A stretch of 64,000 nucleotides of DNA, taken from a virus. The DNA is taken from IMG/VR virus record IMGVR_UViG_3300032286_000547, positions 46,148 to 110,147 of that record; one strand, 5' to 3'. The notes beneath the pieces were generated by a model. It made no database searches and was not told the DNA's origin. It saw only the letters and a program-made list of their open reading frames with translations. This document shows positions 54,657 to 64,000 of this stretch, one piece after another. Position 1 is the first letter of the stretch. Each line of letters begins with the position of its first letter. The position numbers and the translations under genes are program-made.

Positions 54657-55088
54657 ATGGAACCAACAAAGATTGTAGTACAAAGATTGAAGAAAGAGGT
54701 TAATAGTGATATGGAATTAGCTACTAAGTATTATTCTATTCTATCTGCTATAAACAATCTACATCTAACTGAAAGAGAAATACAACTCATATCCTTTACA
54801 GCTATAAAAGGTAACATTACATATGCTAATGTGAGAGAAGAGTTTTGTAAAACATACAACAGTACATCTCCTTCTATTAATAACATCATTTCTAAACTTA
54901 AGAAGGTGGGTATATTTATTAAGGAGAATGGTAAGGTGAAGGTGAATCCTGTTATAGTGATTGATTTCAAAAAAGATTTAATGTTAGATATAAAACTAGT
55001 ACATGGAGAAACCAATATCAATGTCAGTGAAAGAATGGATCATCAAGAAGATGTCCATCAACATGGTGATATCAGAAAAGATAATTGA
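54657..55088 (+). CDS. Winged-HTH DNA-binding protein
   Basis: LTERE.QL...S.....N.ISKLKK.G...K. Confidence 0.6.
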   Translation: MEPTKIVVQRLKKEVNSDMELATKYYSILSAINNLHLTEREIQLISFTAIKGNITYANVREEFCKTYNSTSPSINNIISKLKKVGIFIKENGKVKVNPVIVIDFKKDLMLDIKLVHGETNINVSERMDHQEDVHQHGDIRKDN

Positions 55089-55365
55089 TTCTGTTGTAAC
55101 ACATCAGTTTGATTCAGCTAATGATGCTCTTAATGTTAATAAGAGTGTAGAGATATCTGGGTTCGGTAAGTTTTTCTTTAATCACAAGAAAGCTATTACA
55201 CAATATAAGAAGCTATTGAACATCAAACGTACGTATGAGAATGCACTAGCTGATGAGAACATTACAGATACAAAGAGAAATGCTCTTGAACTTAAGATGC
55301 AGATTGTTGAATCCAGTATTAAAACTTTAAAACCAAAAATAGATGAGCCTGGGACAAATTTATGA
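55003..55365 (+). CDS. HU/IHF-like DNA-binding protein
   Basis: SVEISGFGKF signature. Confidence 0.65.
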   Translation: MEKPISMSVKEWIIKKMSINMVISEKIIDSVVTHQFDSANDALNVNKSVEISGFGKFFFNHKKAITQYKKLLNIKRTYENALADENITDTKRNALELKMQIVESSIKTLKPKIDEPGTNL

Positions 55366-55627
55366 GGGATGGAAGAATCACCTTCTTCCTGAGGAGAGAA
55401 ATAAAGCTTTCATAGAACATGTTAGTCAAGAAAGACTGGCTATATGTAAAGCTTGCGAAGAGCACTCTTCTAATAAGAAAGATTATAAGAGTCTTAGAAT
55501 GGATGCACATTGCACAAACTGTGGATGTACATTGTCTGCTAAGACAAAATGTTTAACTTGTGACTGTCCATTAAAGAAATGGCTTTCACAACCAATGCCA
55601 GAAGACAATGATACACCCTCTACGTAA
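55343..55627 (+). CDS. Cys-rich zinc-binding protein
   Basis: R..IC..C, C..CGC.L.AKT.C..C.CP..KW. Confidence 0.65.
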   Translation: MSLGQIYEGWKNHLLPEERNKAFIEHVSQERLAICKACEEHSSNKKDYKSLRMDAHCTNCGCTLSAKTKCLTCDCPLKKWLSQPMPEDNDTPST

Positions 55628-55886
55628 AATTCCTTTAGAAATGCTTATTCAAATTCTTCAAGATCTATATGATGGTGGAGCTGATTATGTTGATATATCA
55701 GGAGACACTGATAAAGATGGAGCTCCAAGAGATACTATCAAGCTTACAGTGAAGCCTGAATACCTATCTGATTTTGATGAAGAGAATGAACTAAACTTAG
55801 AACAGGAATTGGACTTAGAATGGTCAGAAGAAGATGAAGATCTTCCTTCAAGTCTTTCTGATGAAGATATAAATGATTTAATATAA
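55608..55886 (+). CDS. Acidic hypothetical protein
   Basis: 92 aa ORF. Confidence 0.55.
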   Translation: MIHPLRKIPLEMLIQILQDLYDGGADYVDISGDTDKDGAPRDTIKLTVKPEYLSDFDEENELNLEQELDLEWSEEDEDLPSSLSDEDINDLI

Positions 55887-56161
55887 TGGCAAAACAACCA
55901 AACTATTACCGCCAGATTATAAGAACACTTCAACGTTTAGAGAAGAGTCATCCAACATACAATATTGGAAGACATCTATCTACAGCATTGTACGAATACA
56001 ATGATTTGTGGGGTGTGAGCGATAAAGAACTCCTATATGCTTTAGAGAAGTACGAAGTGGAACTGAATATAGACTATCCACATGTAGATGAAGAGGAACT
56101 TAAGGAGATTATAAAAGGTGGCATGAATTTGGAGAGAATGTTTGATGAAGAGGAGGACTAA
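55886..56161 (+). CDS. Hypothetical protein
   Basis: 91 aa ORF. Confidence 0.55.
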   Translation: MAKQPNYYRQIIRTLQRLEKSHPTYNIGRHLSTALYEYNDLWGVSDKELLYALEKYEVELNIDYPHVDEEELKEIIKGGMNLERMFDEEED

Positions 56162-56174
56162 TAAATAAAACACA

Positions 56175-56507
56175 ATGGCAGTAACAAAAACTACATACGT
56201 TAATACAGAGCTCGATTGGGCAGAACAACAACTTTCTTCTTGGAAGGAATACGTTGATGCTAATCCACTACATCTATTGAAGGATAGAATAGAATGGAAG
56301 CCTACAGCTAAAGGAGGAATGTTACCTATGGTGATAGCCTCTATTGAAGCTCAGGGTAAGTTTGTCCAAGAGACGATGAAAAACTATCTAGCTCTTCTAG
56401 AACAAGTAGATAAACTACGTGAGAAAGAAGAAGCTAAGAAAATAGAGACTAGAGGTGGCCAAGAACTTGGTTCTATGGCAGAAGACTTCTTAAAAGGTAG
56501 AGGATAA
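56175..56507 (+). CDS. Helical protein coupled to TerL, candidate small terminase
   Basis: TAATG coupling to terL; position only. Confidence 0.4.
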   Translation: MAVTKTTYVNTELDWAEQQLSSWKEYVDANPLHLLKDRIEWKPTAKGGMLPMVIASIEAQGKFVQETMKNYLALLEQVDKLREKEEAKKIETRGGQELGSMAEDFLKGRG

Positions 56508-58528
56508 TGCAACTACATAATATAGAATACAAGGATTGGTTTATCAATCAAGGTAGAATTCCAGATGAGAGTTCAGCAGAGTATAAAGCATTCTTTAATT
56601 TTCATAAAGAGCTTTGTATGAATGGCTGTATGATGGATGGACAATATATTAATCCATTTCTATATTGGCATTTAAACATATGGCATACAGAGGTGGACAC
56701 CATAGATGAATATGGTAGGATAAACCAGAAGTATGCTAACCCTCTTCTTAGAGATAACGAGTGGTTGGTAACAAATGAAATAGATAGAGCTCACAAAGAA
56801 AAAAAAGGCCTAGTTATACTAGGTATTCGTCGTTTTGCTAAGTCTGTTATTGAGGCATCATACATTGGCCAAGGAGCTACGTTTGATGAGAATAGTCAGA
56901 ACATTATTGCAGGACTGAATGCTCCCGATATAAAGCTTATTACAGATAAGATTGACAAAGGATTGAACTTTCTACCTAAAGCCTGGAGATGGCAGAGAGT
57001 AGAAGACAATTGGAAAAACCAAGTTACATTAGGGATCAAGACAAAAGCAGGAGAGAGAATCCCCTTTTCTCAGATCCTTATTCGTAACTTAGATGGTGGT
57101 AACAATGAAGAGGCTATTGCAGGTACTAAGCCTAGAAGGCTTATTATTGATGAGATAGGTAAAGGCTCATTCCTTAGAGGATTACAAGCTGCTATTCCTG
57201 GTTTCACAACACCATTTGGTTGGGGATGTTCGCCTATACTTACAGGTACAGGTGGAGATATGAAGATGTTCATGGATGCAAAGAGCTTAATGTTTGATGT
57301 TGAGAATTTCAACTTCTTAGAATACAACAATGCAAAGGATGATAAGAGAGTGCACGGACTCTTTATATCACATAAATATAGAATGGAGGCCAAAGAAGAA
57401 TCTTCTCTTGGTGCATTCTTAGATAAACCAGCAGATTCTTCTTTATATCAAGTGAAGATGATGGTGTCTAATGAAGATAAAGCTACAGAGATTACTAATA
57501 CCAATCTAGAGAAGCTTAAAAAAGCTGGTGATAGAATGGCCTATCTAAAAGAGAAAATGTACTACCCACAAGAAGTGGATGACATATTCTTGAATGAAGA
57601 TACAAACATATTTGATATTGATGCAGCTAAGCGTCAGAAGACTAGACTGTTAGCTCAAGAAAGAACAGGAACACCTGTATTCTTATATGATGATGGAAAT
57701 GGTGTGAAGCATGAGTTTACAGATAAGCTTCCTATATCAAACTTTCCATTGAAGAATTCAGATCAAAAAGATGCACCTGTAGTGATATATGAGTTTCCTG
57801 TATCAGATCCTCCATATGGATTATATGTTGCAGGGGTTGACCCCTACAGACAAGGTAAGTCTGCATATTCAAGTTCATTAGGATCTGTGTACATATATAA
57901 ACGTATGCATGCTATATCAGGAGAGAAGTATCAAGACATGTTTGTAGCTAGCTATTGTGCTAGACCAGATAAGAAAGAAACGTGGGAAGAACAAGCTCGC
58001 TACCTCATCAAGTATTACAATGCTAGAACGCTATGTGAGAATGATGAGATTTCGTTCATAGACTACATGATAGCCAAAGGAGACTCTCATTATTTAGAGA
58101 GACAACCAGACTGGTTAAAAGAAATAGTTCCTAACACTACAGTGAGAAGGGACTTTGGTATACATAGATCTTCTGAGAAAATACGAGACTTTCTACATGG
58201 ATGTCTTAAGAAGTATACAGAAGAAGCTGTACATGTAGAGAAAGATGAAGATGGTAACATTATATCAGAAATAAAAGGTATGTCAAAGATATTTGATCCT
58301 GTCCTATTAGAGGAGATGATCCAGTATAATGAACAAGGTAACTTTGACCGTATCATTGCTGCAGAGCTTGCAATATCTCTTGCTATGAAGTTAGATCCCA
58401 TCATGGGAAAAATAGGTGGAGAGGAAGATGTAAGAATCAAATCAATGTTTACAAAGAATAAAAAGAATGTACTGTTCACAGAGAGCAGAACAATGTTTAA
58501 CACACCAAAAAATAAATTGTTTAGATAA
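56507..58528 (+). CDS. terL: Terminase large subunit
   Basis: RRFAKS Walker A, IIDEIG Walker B, TGTGG, VAGVDPY nuclease, NFDR. Confidence 0.92.
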   Translation: MQLHNIEYKDWFINQGRIPDESSAEYKAFFNFHKELCMNGCMMDGQYINPFLYWHLNIWHTEVDTIDEYGRINQKYANPLLRDNEWLVTNEIDRAHKEKKGLVILGIRRFAKSVIEASYIGQGATFDENSQNIIAGLNAPDIKLITDKIDKGLNFLPKAWRWQRVEDNWKNQVTLGIKTKAGERIPFSQILIRNLDGGNNEEAIAGTKPRRLIIDEIGKGSFLRGLQAAIPGFTTPFGWGCSPILTGTGGDMKMFMDAKSLMFDVENFNFLEYNNAKDDKRVHGLFISHKYRMEAKEESSLGAFLDKPADSSLYQVKMMVSNEDKATEITNTNLEKLKKAGDRMAYLKEKMYYPQEVDDIFLNEDTNIFDIDAAKRQKTRLLAQERTGTPVFLYDDGNGVKHEFTDKLPISNFPLKNSDQKDAPVVIYEFPVSDPPYGLYVAGVDPYRQGKSAYSSSLGSVYIYKRMHAISGEKYQDMFVASYCARPDKKETWEEQARYLIKYYNARTLCENDEISFIDYMIAKGDSHYLERQPDWLKEIVPNTTVRRDFGIHRSSEKIRDFLHGCLKKYTEEAVHVEKDEDGNIISEIKGMSKIFDPVLLEEMIQYNEQGNFDRIIAAELAISLAMKLDPIMGKIGGEEDVRIKSMFTKNKKNVLFTESRTMFNTPKNKLFR

Positions 58529-61113
58529 TGGCAATAATTAGATATACAAAAGACGCTACCATTAGGTATGCTTATTTAAACATCTTCCCTGATCAGTTCA
58601 AAACTGAGAAGGAAAAACAAGATGAGAGTTGGATCAAGAATACAATGGACTATTTTTCCAACAAAGCATATGCTGAGTATGTGAAGAACAGAGATACGTT
58701 TGTTAAGAACTACGATCTTATGAAAGGAATCTTACGTATGGAAGATTTCTATCAAGAACCAGAGGTGAGAAGTTTTACAGATGTGCTTACAGCAGATCTA
58801 GAACTTCCTGCTTATGTAAAGATGTATTCTATTATTACCACTCCTGTTAATGAATTAGTAGGAGAGATTTCTAAACGTCCAGACACTTACAGAGTTAAAG
58901 CATTTGATGATGACAGTAGAGCAGAAGAGCTACAGTTCAAAACAGATACATTACAAAATTATGTATTGAGTCAAGCTAAACAACAAATCTTAGCAAAAGC
59001 TGCAATGCAAGGTACTGAGATTGATGATGAACAATTAGAGCAAATGACAATGCAACAAGTTCAGGATGAGCTAGATAGTTATACATCTATTGCTGAGAAA
59101 TGGGCTAATCATGTGTTAACTTGTCAAAAAGCTGAGTTTAATATTAAAGAAAAATCTGAAGATGCCTTCAGAGACATGCTTATTTCTGCAAGAGAATTTT
59201 ACCATATATATGAAGACAACTCAAAACTTGGTTTCAACATCGAAGTTGCTAACCCAAAGAACACTTGGTTTCTTACTACTCCTGATAGAAAGTGGATATC
59301 AGATCCCACAGGGAGAGCTCAGGGAGCCTATGCTGCTGGTACAGTACAAGTTATGGAGCTATCGGAGATCATTGAAAGCATTCCAGATCTTACTAAAGAG
59401 GAAATTGATCACTTACGAAGCTCTCTCCAAGACTATGGATTGATCAATGTACGTGAATCAAATCTTGGTAATCCAGATGCTATTCCTGGACAAGACTCTG
59501 TAATGTATGATACATTTGACCCATTAGTGTTACAAACACGTATGATCATTGAATCAGAGATGAAAGAGAACAATGATGGACTTAAAGACTTCTTAGGGCT
59601 AACTAATAATGTTAGTTCATTTGGATATAAGTATGTTGTTGTGCGTAGCTATTGGATCTCTAAAAGAAAGATAGGTAAGCTTATCTATATTGATGAGATG
59701 GGTAACGAGCAATCAATGCTTGTAGATGAGAATTACAAATCAGGAACTATTCCTACACAACAATCATTAGAGTGGGGATGGATTAATGAATGGTATCAAG
59801 GAACAAAGATTGGTCCAGATATCTATCATATCAAACCATACAAATTATTAAACTATTGTCCTATTATAGGAACAACATATGAGGTGAAGAACACAGAGGC
59901 TAAATCTCTTGTAGATCTTATGAAACCTTTTCAAGTGTTATATAACGTATGTATGAACCAATTGTACAAACTTCTTGAGAAAGAGGTAGGTAAGGTTCAA
60001 CTTATGTCAATAAGACATATTCCTATTCCTAAAGATGGAGATGCACAAGATGCTCTTGACATGTGGGAAATGGAAGCACGTAACAGAGGAGTGGTATTTA
60101 TTGATGACTCTCCAGAGAATTTAAAATCTCCAAGCTCATTCAATCAGTTTACATCTCTTGATCTTACACGTACGCAAGAAATACAAGCTAGATATACATT
60201 AGCACAACAACTTAAAGCTGAGTGTTGGGAACTTATAGGTATGTCCAGACAACGTATGGGATCTGTATCAGCATCAGAAAGTGCTACAGGTACTAACACT
60301 GCTATACAACAAAGTTATTCTCAGACAGAGCCTCTATTCGTAGCACATGAATATGTTATGGGTCAATTATACCAAGCTATTATTGATGCTGCATTATATG
60401 TAGAGAGTTCTAAACCAGAGAGCACGCTTTCATATATTACTTCTGAAGGAGAATCTGCATTCGTACAAGTGAATGGATCAGATCTTAAATTCCGTGACTT
60501 AAAAGTATTCTTAACTAACAGACCTGAGGATACACAGATGTTTAATGAACTTAGACAACTTTCTCAAGCTCTTATTCAGAATGGTGGCACACTTTATGAT
60601 GTAGTAGAATTATACACTACTAAGTCTATGAGAGACATGAAGAAAACATTCAAAGATCTTAGAGATAGACAAGTTGCTCAACAAGATCAAGCTCAACAAC
60701 TTGAACAACAAAAACTTGAACAACAATCTCAACAAGCACAAGCTGCATTACAACAAGCTGCTCAAATGGCTCAAGAGAAACAAGCTAATGATGATTATCA
60801 AAAAGAACTTGACAGACAATCTAAAGAGAAGATTGCTATTATTCAAGCTACAGGATTTGGTAAAGTGGAATCAGAAGATATTAATGAGAATACTATTCCA
60901 GATGTATTAGAGATGAGTAAGTTGACACAAGCTGAGAATAAAGCTTCTAAAGATTATGTAACAAAAATGGCTGATATACAGTCTAAGAATAAACAAGCTA
61001 ACGATAAGATGAGTATCGAAAAAGAAAAAATCAAAGTGGCTAGAGAAAATATGGTTAATGATCTTGCAGTGGCTAAAGAAAATGCTAAGGGCAGAAATAA
61101 CAAAAAAGGTTAA
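58528..61113 (+). CDS. Portal protein
   Basis: 861 aa directly after TerL; SLVD.MKP.Q.LYN, G.SRQR.G; Gln-rich helical C-terminus. Confidence 0.85.
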   Translation: MAIIRYTKDATIRYAYLNIFPDQFKTEKEKQDESWIKNTMDYFSNKAYAEYVKNRDTFVKNYDLMKGILRMEDFYQEPEVRSFTDVLTADLELPAYVKMYSIITTPVNELVGEISKRPDTYRVKAFDDDSRAEELQFKTDTLQNYVLSQAKQQILAKAAMQGTEIDDEQLEQMTMQQVQDELDSYTSIAEKWANHVLTCQKAEFNIKEKSEDAFRDMLISAREFYHIYEDNSKLGFNIEVANPKNTWFLTTPDRKWISDPTGRAQGAYAAGTVQVMELSEIIESIPDLTKEEIDHLRSSLQDYGLINVRESNLGNPDAIPGQDSVMYDTFDPLVLQTRMIIESEMKENNDGLKDFLGLTNNVSSFGYKYVVVRSYWISKRKIGKLIYIDEMGNEQSMLVDENYKSGTIPTQQSLEWGWINEWYQGTKIGPDIYHIKPYKLLNYCPIIGTTYEVKNTEAKSLVDLMKPFQVLYNVCMNQLYKLLEKEVGKVQLMSIRHIPIPKDGDAQDALDMWEMEARNRGVVFIDDSPENLKSPSSFNQFTSLDLTRTQEIQARYTLAQQLKAECWELIGMSRQRMGSVSASESATGTNTAIQQSYSQTEPLFVAHEYVMGQLYQAIIDAALYVESSKPESTLSYITSEGESAFVQVNGSDLKFRDLKVFLTNRPEDTQMFNELRQLSQALIQNGGTLYDVVELYTTKSMRDMKKTFKDLRDRQVAQQDQAQQLEQQKLEQQSQQAQAALQQAAQMAQEKQANDDYQKELDRQSKEKIAIIQATGFGKVESEDINENTIPDVLEMSKLTQAENKASKDYVTKMADIQSKNKQANDKMSIEKEKIKVARENMVNDLAVAKENAKGRNNKKG

Positions 61114-61118
61114 AAAAC

Positions 61119-61138
61119 TTCTCCTCTTCGGAGGAGAA
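61119..61138. terminator. Stable hairpin (cUUCGg loop) after portal; possible terminator or processing site
   Basis: TTCTCCTC-TTCG-GAGGAGAA; no T tract on the + strand. Confidence 0.5.
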
Positions 61139-61150
61139 AAAAATATTAAT

Positions 61151-61223
61151 GCTATATTATCTGAAAAATTGAACTACATTGGTTCATAACACTTTGATAT
61201 TAAATAGTGTTGTTATACTTTTA
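61151..61223 (+). promoter_or_regulatory. Putative late promoter of scaffold/capsid operon
   Basis: GCTATATTAT 61151-61160 plus TACTTTTA 61216-61223. Confidence 0.5.
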
Positions 61224-61256
61224 CATTAAATAAACCAAACATAAATACAACTACAT

Positions 61257-62519
61257 ATGGCTGATAATTTAGAAACTATGGGTAACTTTAGTATCCAAGA
61301 TACTATGGAAATGGGTATGGGTAACCAAGAACTGTTAAATGACTTGTTTTCTCCTGAGACAGCATCTTCTAATCCTGATGATGTTACACCTATTATTAAA
61401 GACGCAGAACCTGCAACTCCTCCTGCTAAACCAGCAGTACCAAAAGGTAAAGAGGTAACACCAGTTGAAGATGATGCTGATGATAAAGAAAAAGGACAAT
61501 CTCTAATATCAAACTTCTTAGGTGATAACACTGATGAAGAAGATGAAGATAGTGATGATACACCTGCTCCAGCAACAAAAGCAAAAGCACCAGATGCTGA
61601 TGTAGATGCTGATGATGATGAACCACAAGGTACACAATTCACTGCTCTTGCAAATGATCTTTATAAATTAGGAGTGTTCACTTCTGATGATGATGAAGAT
61701 CAACAACCAATCTCCACTGCAGAAGAGTTCTTAGAACGATTCAATGAAGAGAAGAAAAAAGGTGCAATTGAGACAGTTAACAATTTCATAGGACAATTTG
61801 GAGAAGATTACCAAGAAGCTTTTGAAGCCATATTTGTGAAAGGAGTTAATCCAAAAGATTACTTTGGTGTTTATAATCAAGTAGTTAGCTTTGCTGAGAT
61901 GGATCTTTCATCGGAAGATAATCAAACCAGAGTGATAAGACAAGCTTTAGCTGATCAAGGATTTGATCCTGAAGATGTAGATACAGAAGTTGAAAGACTT
62001 AAAAACTACGGTGATCTTGAAACAGTGGCAGCTAAACATCACAAGGTGTTAGTTAAAAAAGAAGCAGCTAAGTTACATCAGTTAGAACAAAGATCTGAAG
62101 CTGAGTTACAACAAAAAGCTCAAATCAGAAATCAATATATTAAGAATGTTCAAGATATTCTTAATGATAAAGTAAAAGCAAAAGAGTTTGATGGTATTCC
62201 TATCAATCCAAAATTAGCAACAGAACTACAAGACTTCTTATTAGTTGATAAGTGGAAAACTCCTACAGGAGAAACCCTTACAGACTTTGATCGTGCTATT
62301 CTGGATATGAAGAGACCAGAGAATCATGCAATGAAAGTTAAAGTGGGTCTTATTATGAAAATGTTAGAAAAAGATCCTACATTATCAACTATACAAAAAA
62401 CAGGTGTGACTAAAAAGTCTAATGAACTGTTTGGAGAAGTTGCAAGACAAGTAACTAAAGGTAAATCATCTTCAGCTACTGGTAGTTCAAAAGCTAACCC
62501 TAATTCATGGTTCTTATAA
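61257..62519 (+). CDS. Acidic scaffold-like protein between portal and capsid
   Basis: Disordered acidic N-terminus, helical C-terminus; crAss-like synteny. Confidence 0.65.
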   Translation: MADNLETMGNFSIQDTMEMGMGNQELLNDLFSPETASSNPDDVTPIIKDAEPATPPAKPAVPKGKEVTPVEDDADDKEKGQSLISNFLGDNTDEEDEDSDDTPAPATKAKAPDADVDADDDEPQGTQFTALANDLYKLGVFTSDDDEDQQPISTAEEFLERFNEEKKKGAIETVNNFIGQFGEDYQEAFEAIFVKGVNPKDYFGVYNQVVSFAEMDLSSEDNQTRVIRQALADQGFDPEDVDTEVERLKNYGDLETVAAKHHKVLVKKEAAKLHQLEQRSEAELQQKAQIRNQYIKNVQDILNDKVKAKEFDGIPINPKLATELQDFLLVDKWKTPTGETLTDFDRAILDMKRPENHAMKVKVGLIMKMLEKDPTLSTIQKTGVTKKSNELFGEVARQVTKGKSSSATGSSKANPNSWFL

Positions 62520-62554
62520 CAAAATAATTAATAATTAACAAAAAACAAATAACA

Positions 62555-64000
62555 ATGGCAATTCAAACAATCCCAGGGTTAACAGGTTTTACTTATGCTC
62601 GTGTAGCGTCCATGGACAAACGTGCTGTTGGAAAACTTACAGACTCAAATCACTTGGAAAGTTTTCACTCGACTGAGCCTGCTGATTATGATAAGAAAAT
62701 CATTTCTTTATATACTCAAAGCTCATTGTACAGTAATGACTTTTTAGACATGATCAACAAAAGCACACCTTATTACATCGATAATAATAGTGATGCTTGG
62801 AAATGGCAAGTAGCTGTTCCTTACAAGTTCCCAAAAATTATTGACATCCCTGCTACCACGCAAGAATTAATTGCATCTGGTAAAACAGGTATTGATGGTC
62901 AAGAATTTCAATTAGTATTAGATACTAACGAGTTCTCTAAAAATGCAATCATTTCTGTAGGTACTCGTCAGTATGGTCCTAGATTCTACGTAATCAAAGA
63001 TCCAGTGCCTTGGAATATGGGATTCTTGTATTCATTTACATTAGTAACTGACAACCCAGTTGTTGACTTTGTAAATCCTATCTTCTTACAATATGGTGTT
63101 GAACTAGAATTAGTTGATGCTGCTATTGGTGAGTTTGATCAAGACTTATTAGGTCTTCCTAGATTAGGTGAGCAAATCACTATGTTCGAATCTTTAGGTT
63201 CTGCATATGGATATGAGCACAAAATCACTGAATGGGCTGATGACAAAATGATGAGAGATGCTTCTGGTAAACCATTAGACATTTTAGTGTATGCTCCACA
63301 AAGACGTAACCAATTACCTTTAACTCGTAATGATGTTAAATGGGAACCGTTCATCGAGTTCTGGATGCGTAAATCTATGTTAGAATTAAAAGTTAAACGT
63401 ATGATCTGGGCTAAACCAGGTACAGTTAAAACTAACGGTTCTAAACAAGAATTGAAAAGAACATCTGCTGGTGTTTACCACAGAATGAGAAACAATGGTA
63501 ACTTAGTACAATACAACAGAGGTGAATTCTCTGCTAACTTAATCCGTTCTGTATTTGGAGATTTATTCTACAGACGTGTGGACGTAAAAGATAGAAGTGT
63601 TAAAATGTATACTAATGAAGCTGGTTTTGACGTGTTCCAACAAGCTCTTAAAACAGATGCATTAAACTCTGGATTAACTTTCATGGCAGATTCTGGAAAC
63701 AGATATATGCAAGGTGAAGGACAACATATCACTTACAACTTTGCATTTGATGCAATGGTAACACGTGAGACTGGTCGTGTTGAATTGATCCACTTAAAAG
63801 AATTAGATTTACCACAAACTAACTTAGAGTTTGGACAAAACAAAAAATCTACTCCAGTATTTATGGTGTTTGATGTTTCTCCAATGTCTGATGGTTCAAT
63901 GGTAAACAACATTAGAGAAGTACGTATGAAAGGTGCTCCTTCTATGACATGGGGTTATATTGATGGTACTCGTCACCACTTAGGTTTTGCTAAGTCTCAA
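62555..64000 (+). CDS. Major capsid protein, 3'-truncated
   Basis: ATG 62555 (MAIQTIPGLTG...) with no stop seen to the window end; absent from the ORF track; TerL-portal-scaffold-MCP order. Confidence 0.8.
   Translation, partial: MAIQTIPGLTGFTYARVASMDKRAVGKLTDSNHLESFHSTEPADYDKKIISLYTQSSLYSNDFLDMINKSTPYYIDNNSDAWKWQVAVPYKFPKIIDIPATTQELIASGKTGIDGQEFQLVLDTNEFSKNAIISVGTRQYGPRFYVIKDPVPWNMGFLYSFTLVTDNPVVDFVNPIFLQYGVELELVDAAIGEFDQDLLGLPRLGEQITMFESLGSAYGYEHKITEWADDKMMRDASGKPLDILVYAPQRRNQLPLTRNDVKWEPFIEFWMRKSMLELKVKRMIWAKPGTVKTNGSKQELKRTSAGVYHRMRNNGNLVQYNRGEFSANLIRSVFGDLFYRRVDVKDRSVKMYTNEAGFDVFQQALKTDALNSGLTFMADSGNRYMQGEGQHITYNFAFDAMVTRETGRVELIHLKELDLPQTNLEFGQNKKSTPVFMVFDVSPMSDGSMVNNIREVRMKGAPSMTWGYIDGTRHHLGFAKSQ

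Noticed and set aside
42659-58528. Inteins or introns in PolB and TerL
   Set aside because: Sizes and motif spacing look uninterrupted
57070-63354. Antisense and alternative-frame ORFs inside TerL, portal, scaffold and capsid genes
   Set aside because: Fully nested shadows with no independent signals
1-64000. Stop-codon reassignment as in some crAss-like phages
   Set aside because: Long genes are intact in code 11, TAG and TGA end genes at coupled junctions, and no suppressor tRNA was seen

Overview
AT-rich (roughly one-third GC by eye) segment of a crAss-like (Crassvirales-related) lytic phage, most likely infecting a Bacteroidota/Flavobacteriia host (TAnnTTTG promoters, no Shine-Dalgarno sites, Bacteroidota-type tmRNA ends). 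Standard code 11 gives intact ORFs. Layout: 1-20.6 kb is a + strand late region. It holds the end of a large virion protein, Gly-Thr-Ser-repeat and beta-helix fibres, an inverted three-domain glycosyltransferase, a lysis cassette, Thr-rich mucin-like proteins flanking a protein O-glycosyltransferase-like gene, and a cluster of very basic proteins. 20.6-54.4 kb is a - strand early/middle region: GT11/GT2/methyltransferase, GroES, PhoH, MazG, RecA, nucleases, rIIA/B, UDG, primase, SSB, helicases, PolB, tmRNA, a MoxR/vWA pair and many small ORFs. A divergent non-coding switch lies at about 54.4-54.6 kb, followed by the + strand head module (HU-like, TerL, portal, scaffold-like, major capsid protein running off the end). 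The strongest candidate for an undescribed system is a phage-encoded virion protein O-glycosylation apparatus: two candidate initiating transferases (TibC/Aah-like and plant GT95/GT96-like), each next to Ser/Thr-rich structural proteins, plus elongating and capping enzymes. Also notable are a compact tmRNA with a 35-codon tag and basic polyprotein-like proteins punctuated by (K/Q)xG motifs. All family assignments are from motif recognition by eye; no database search was run.
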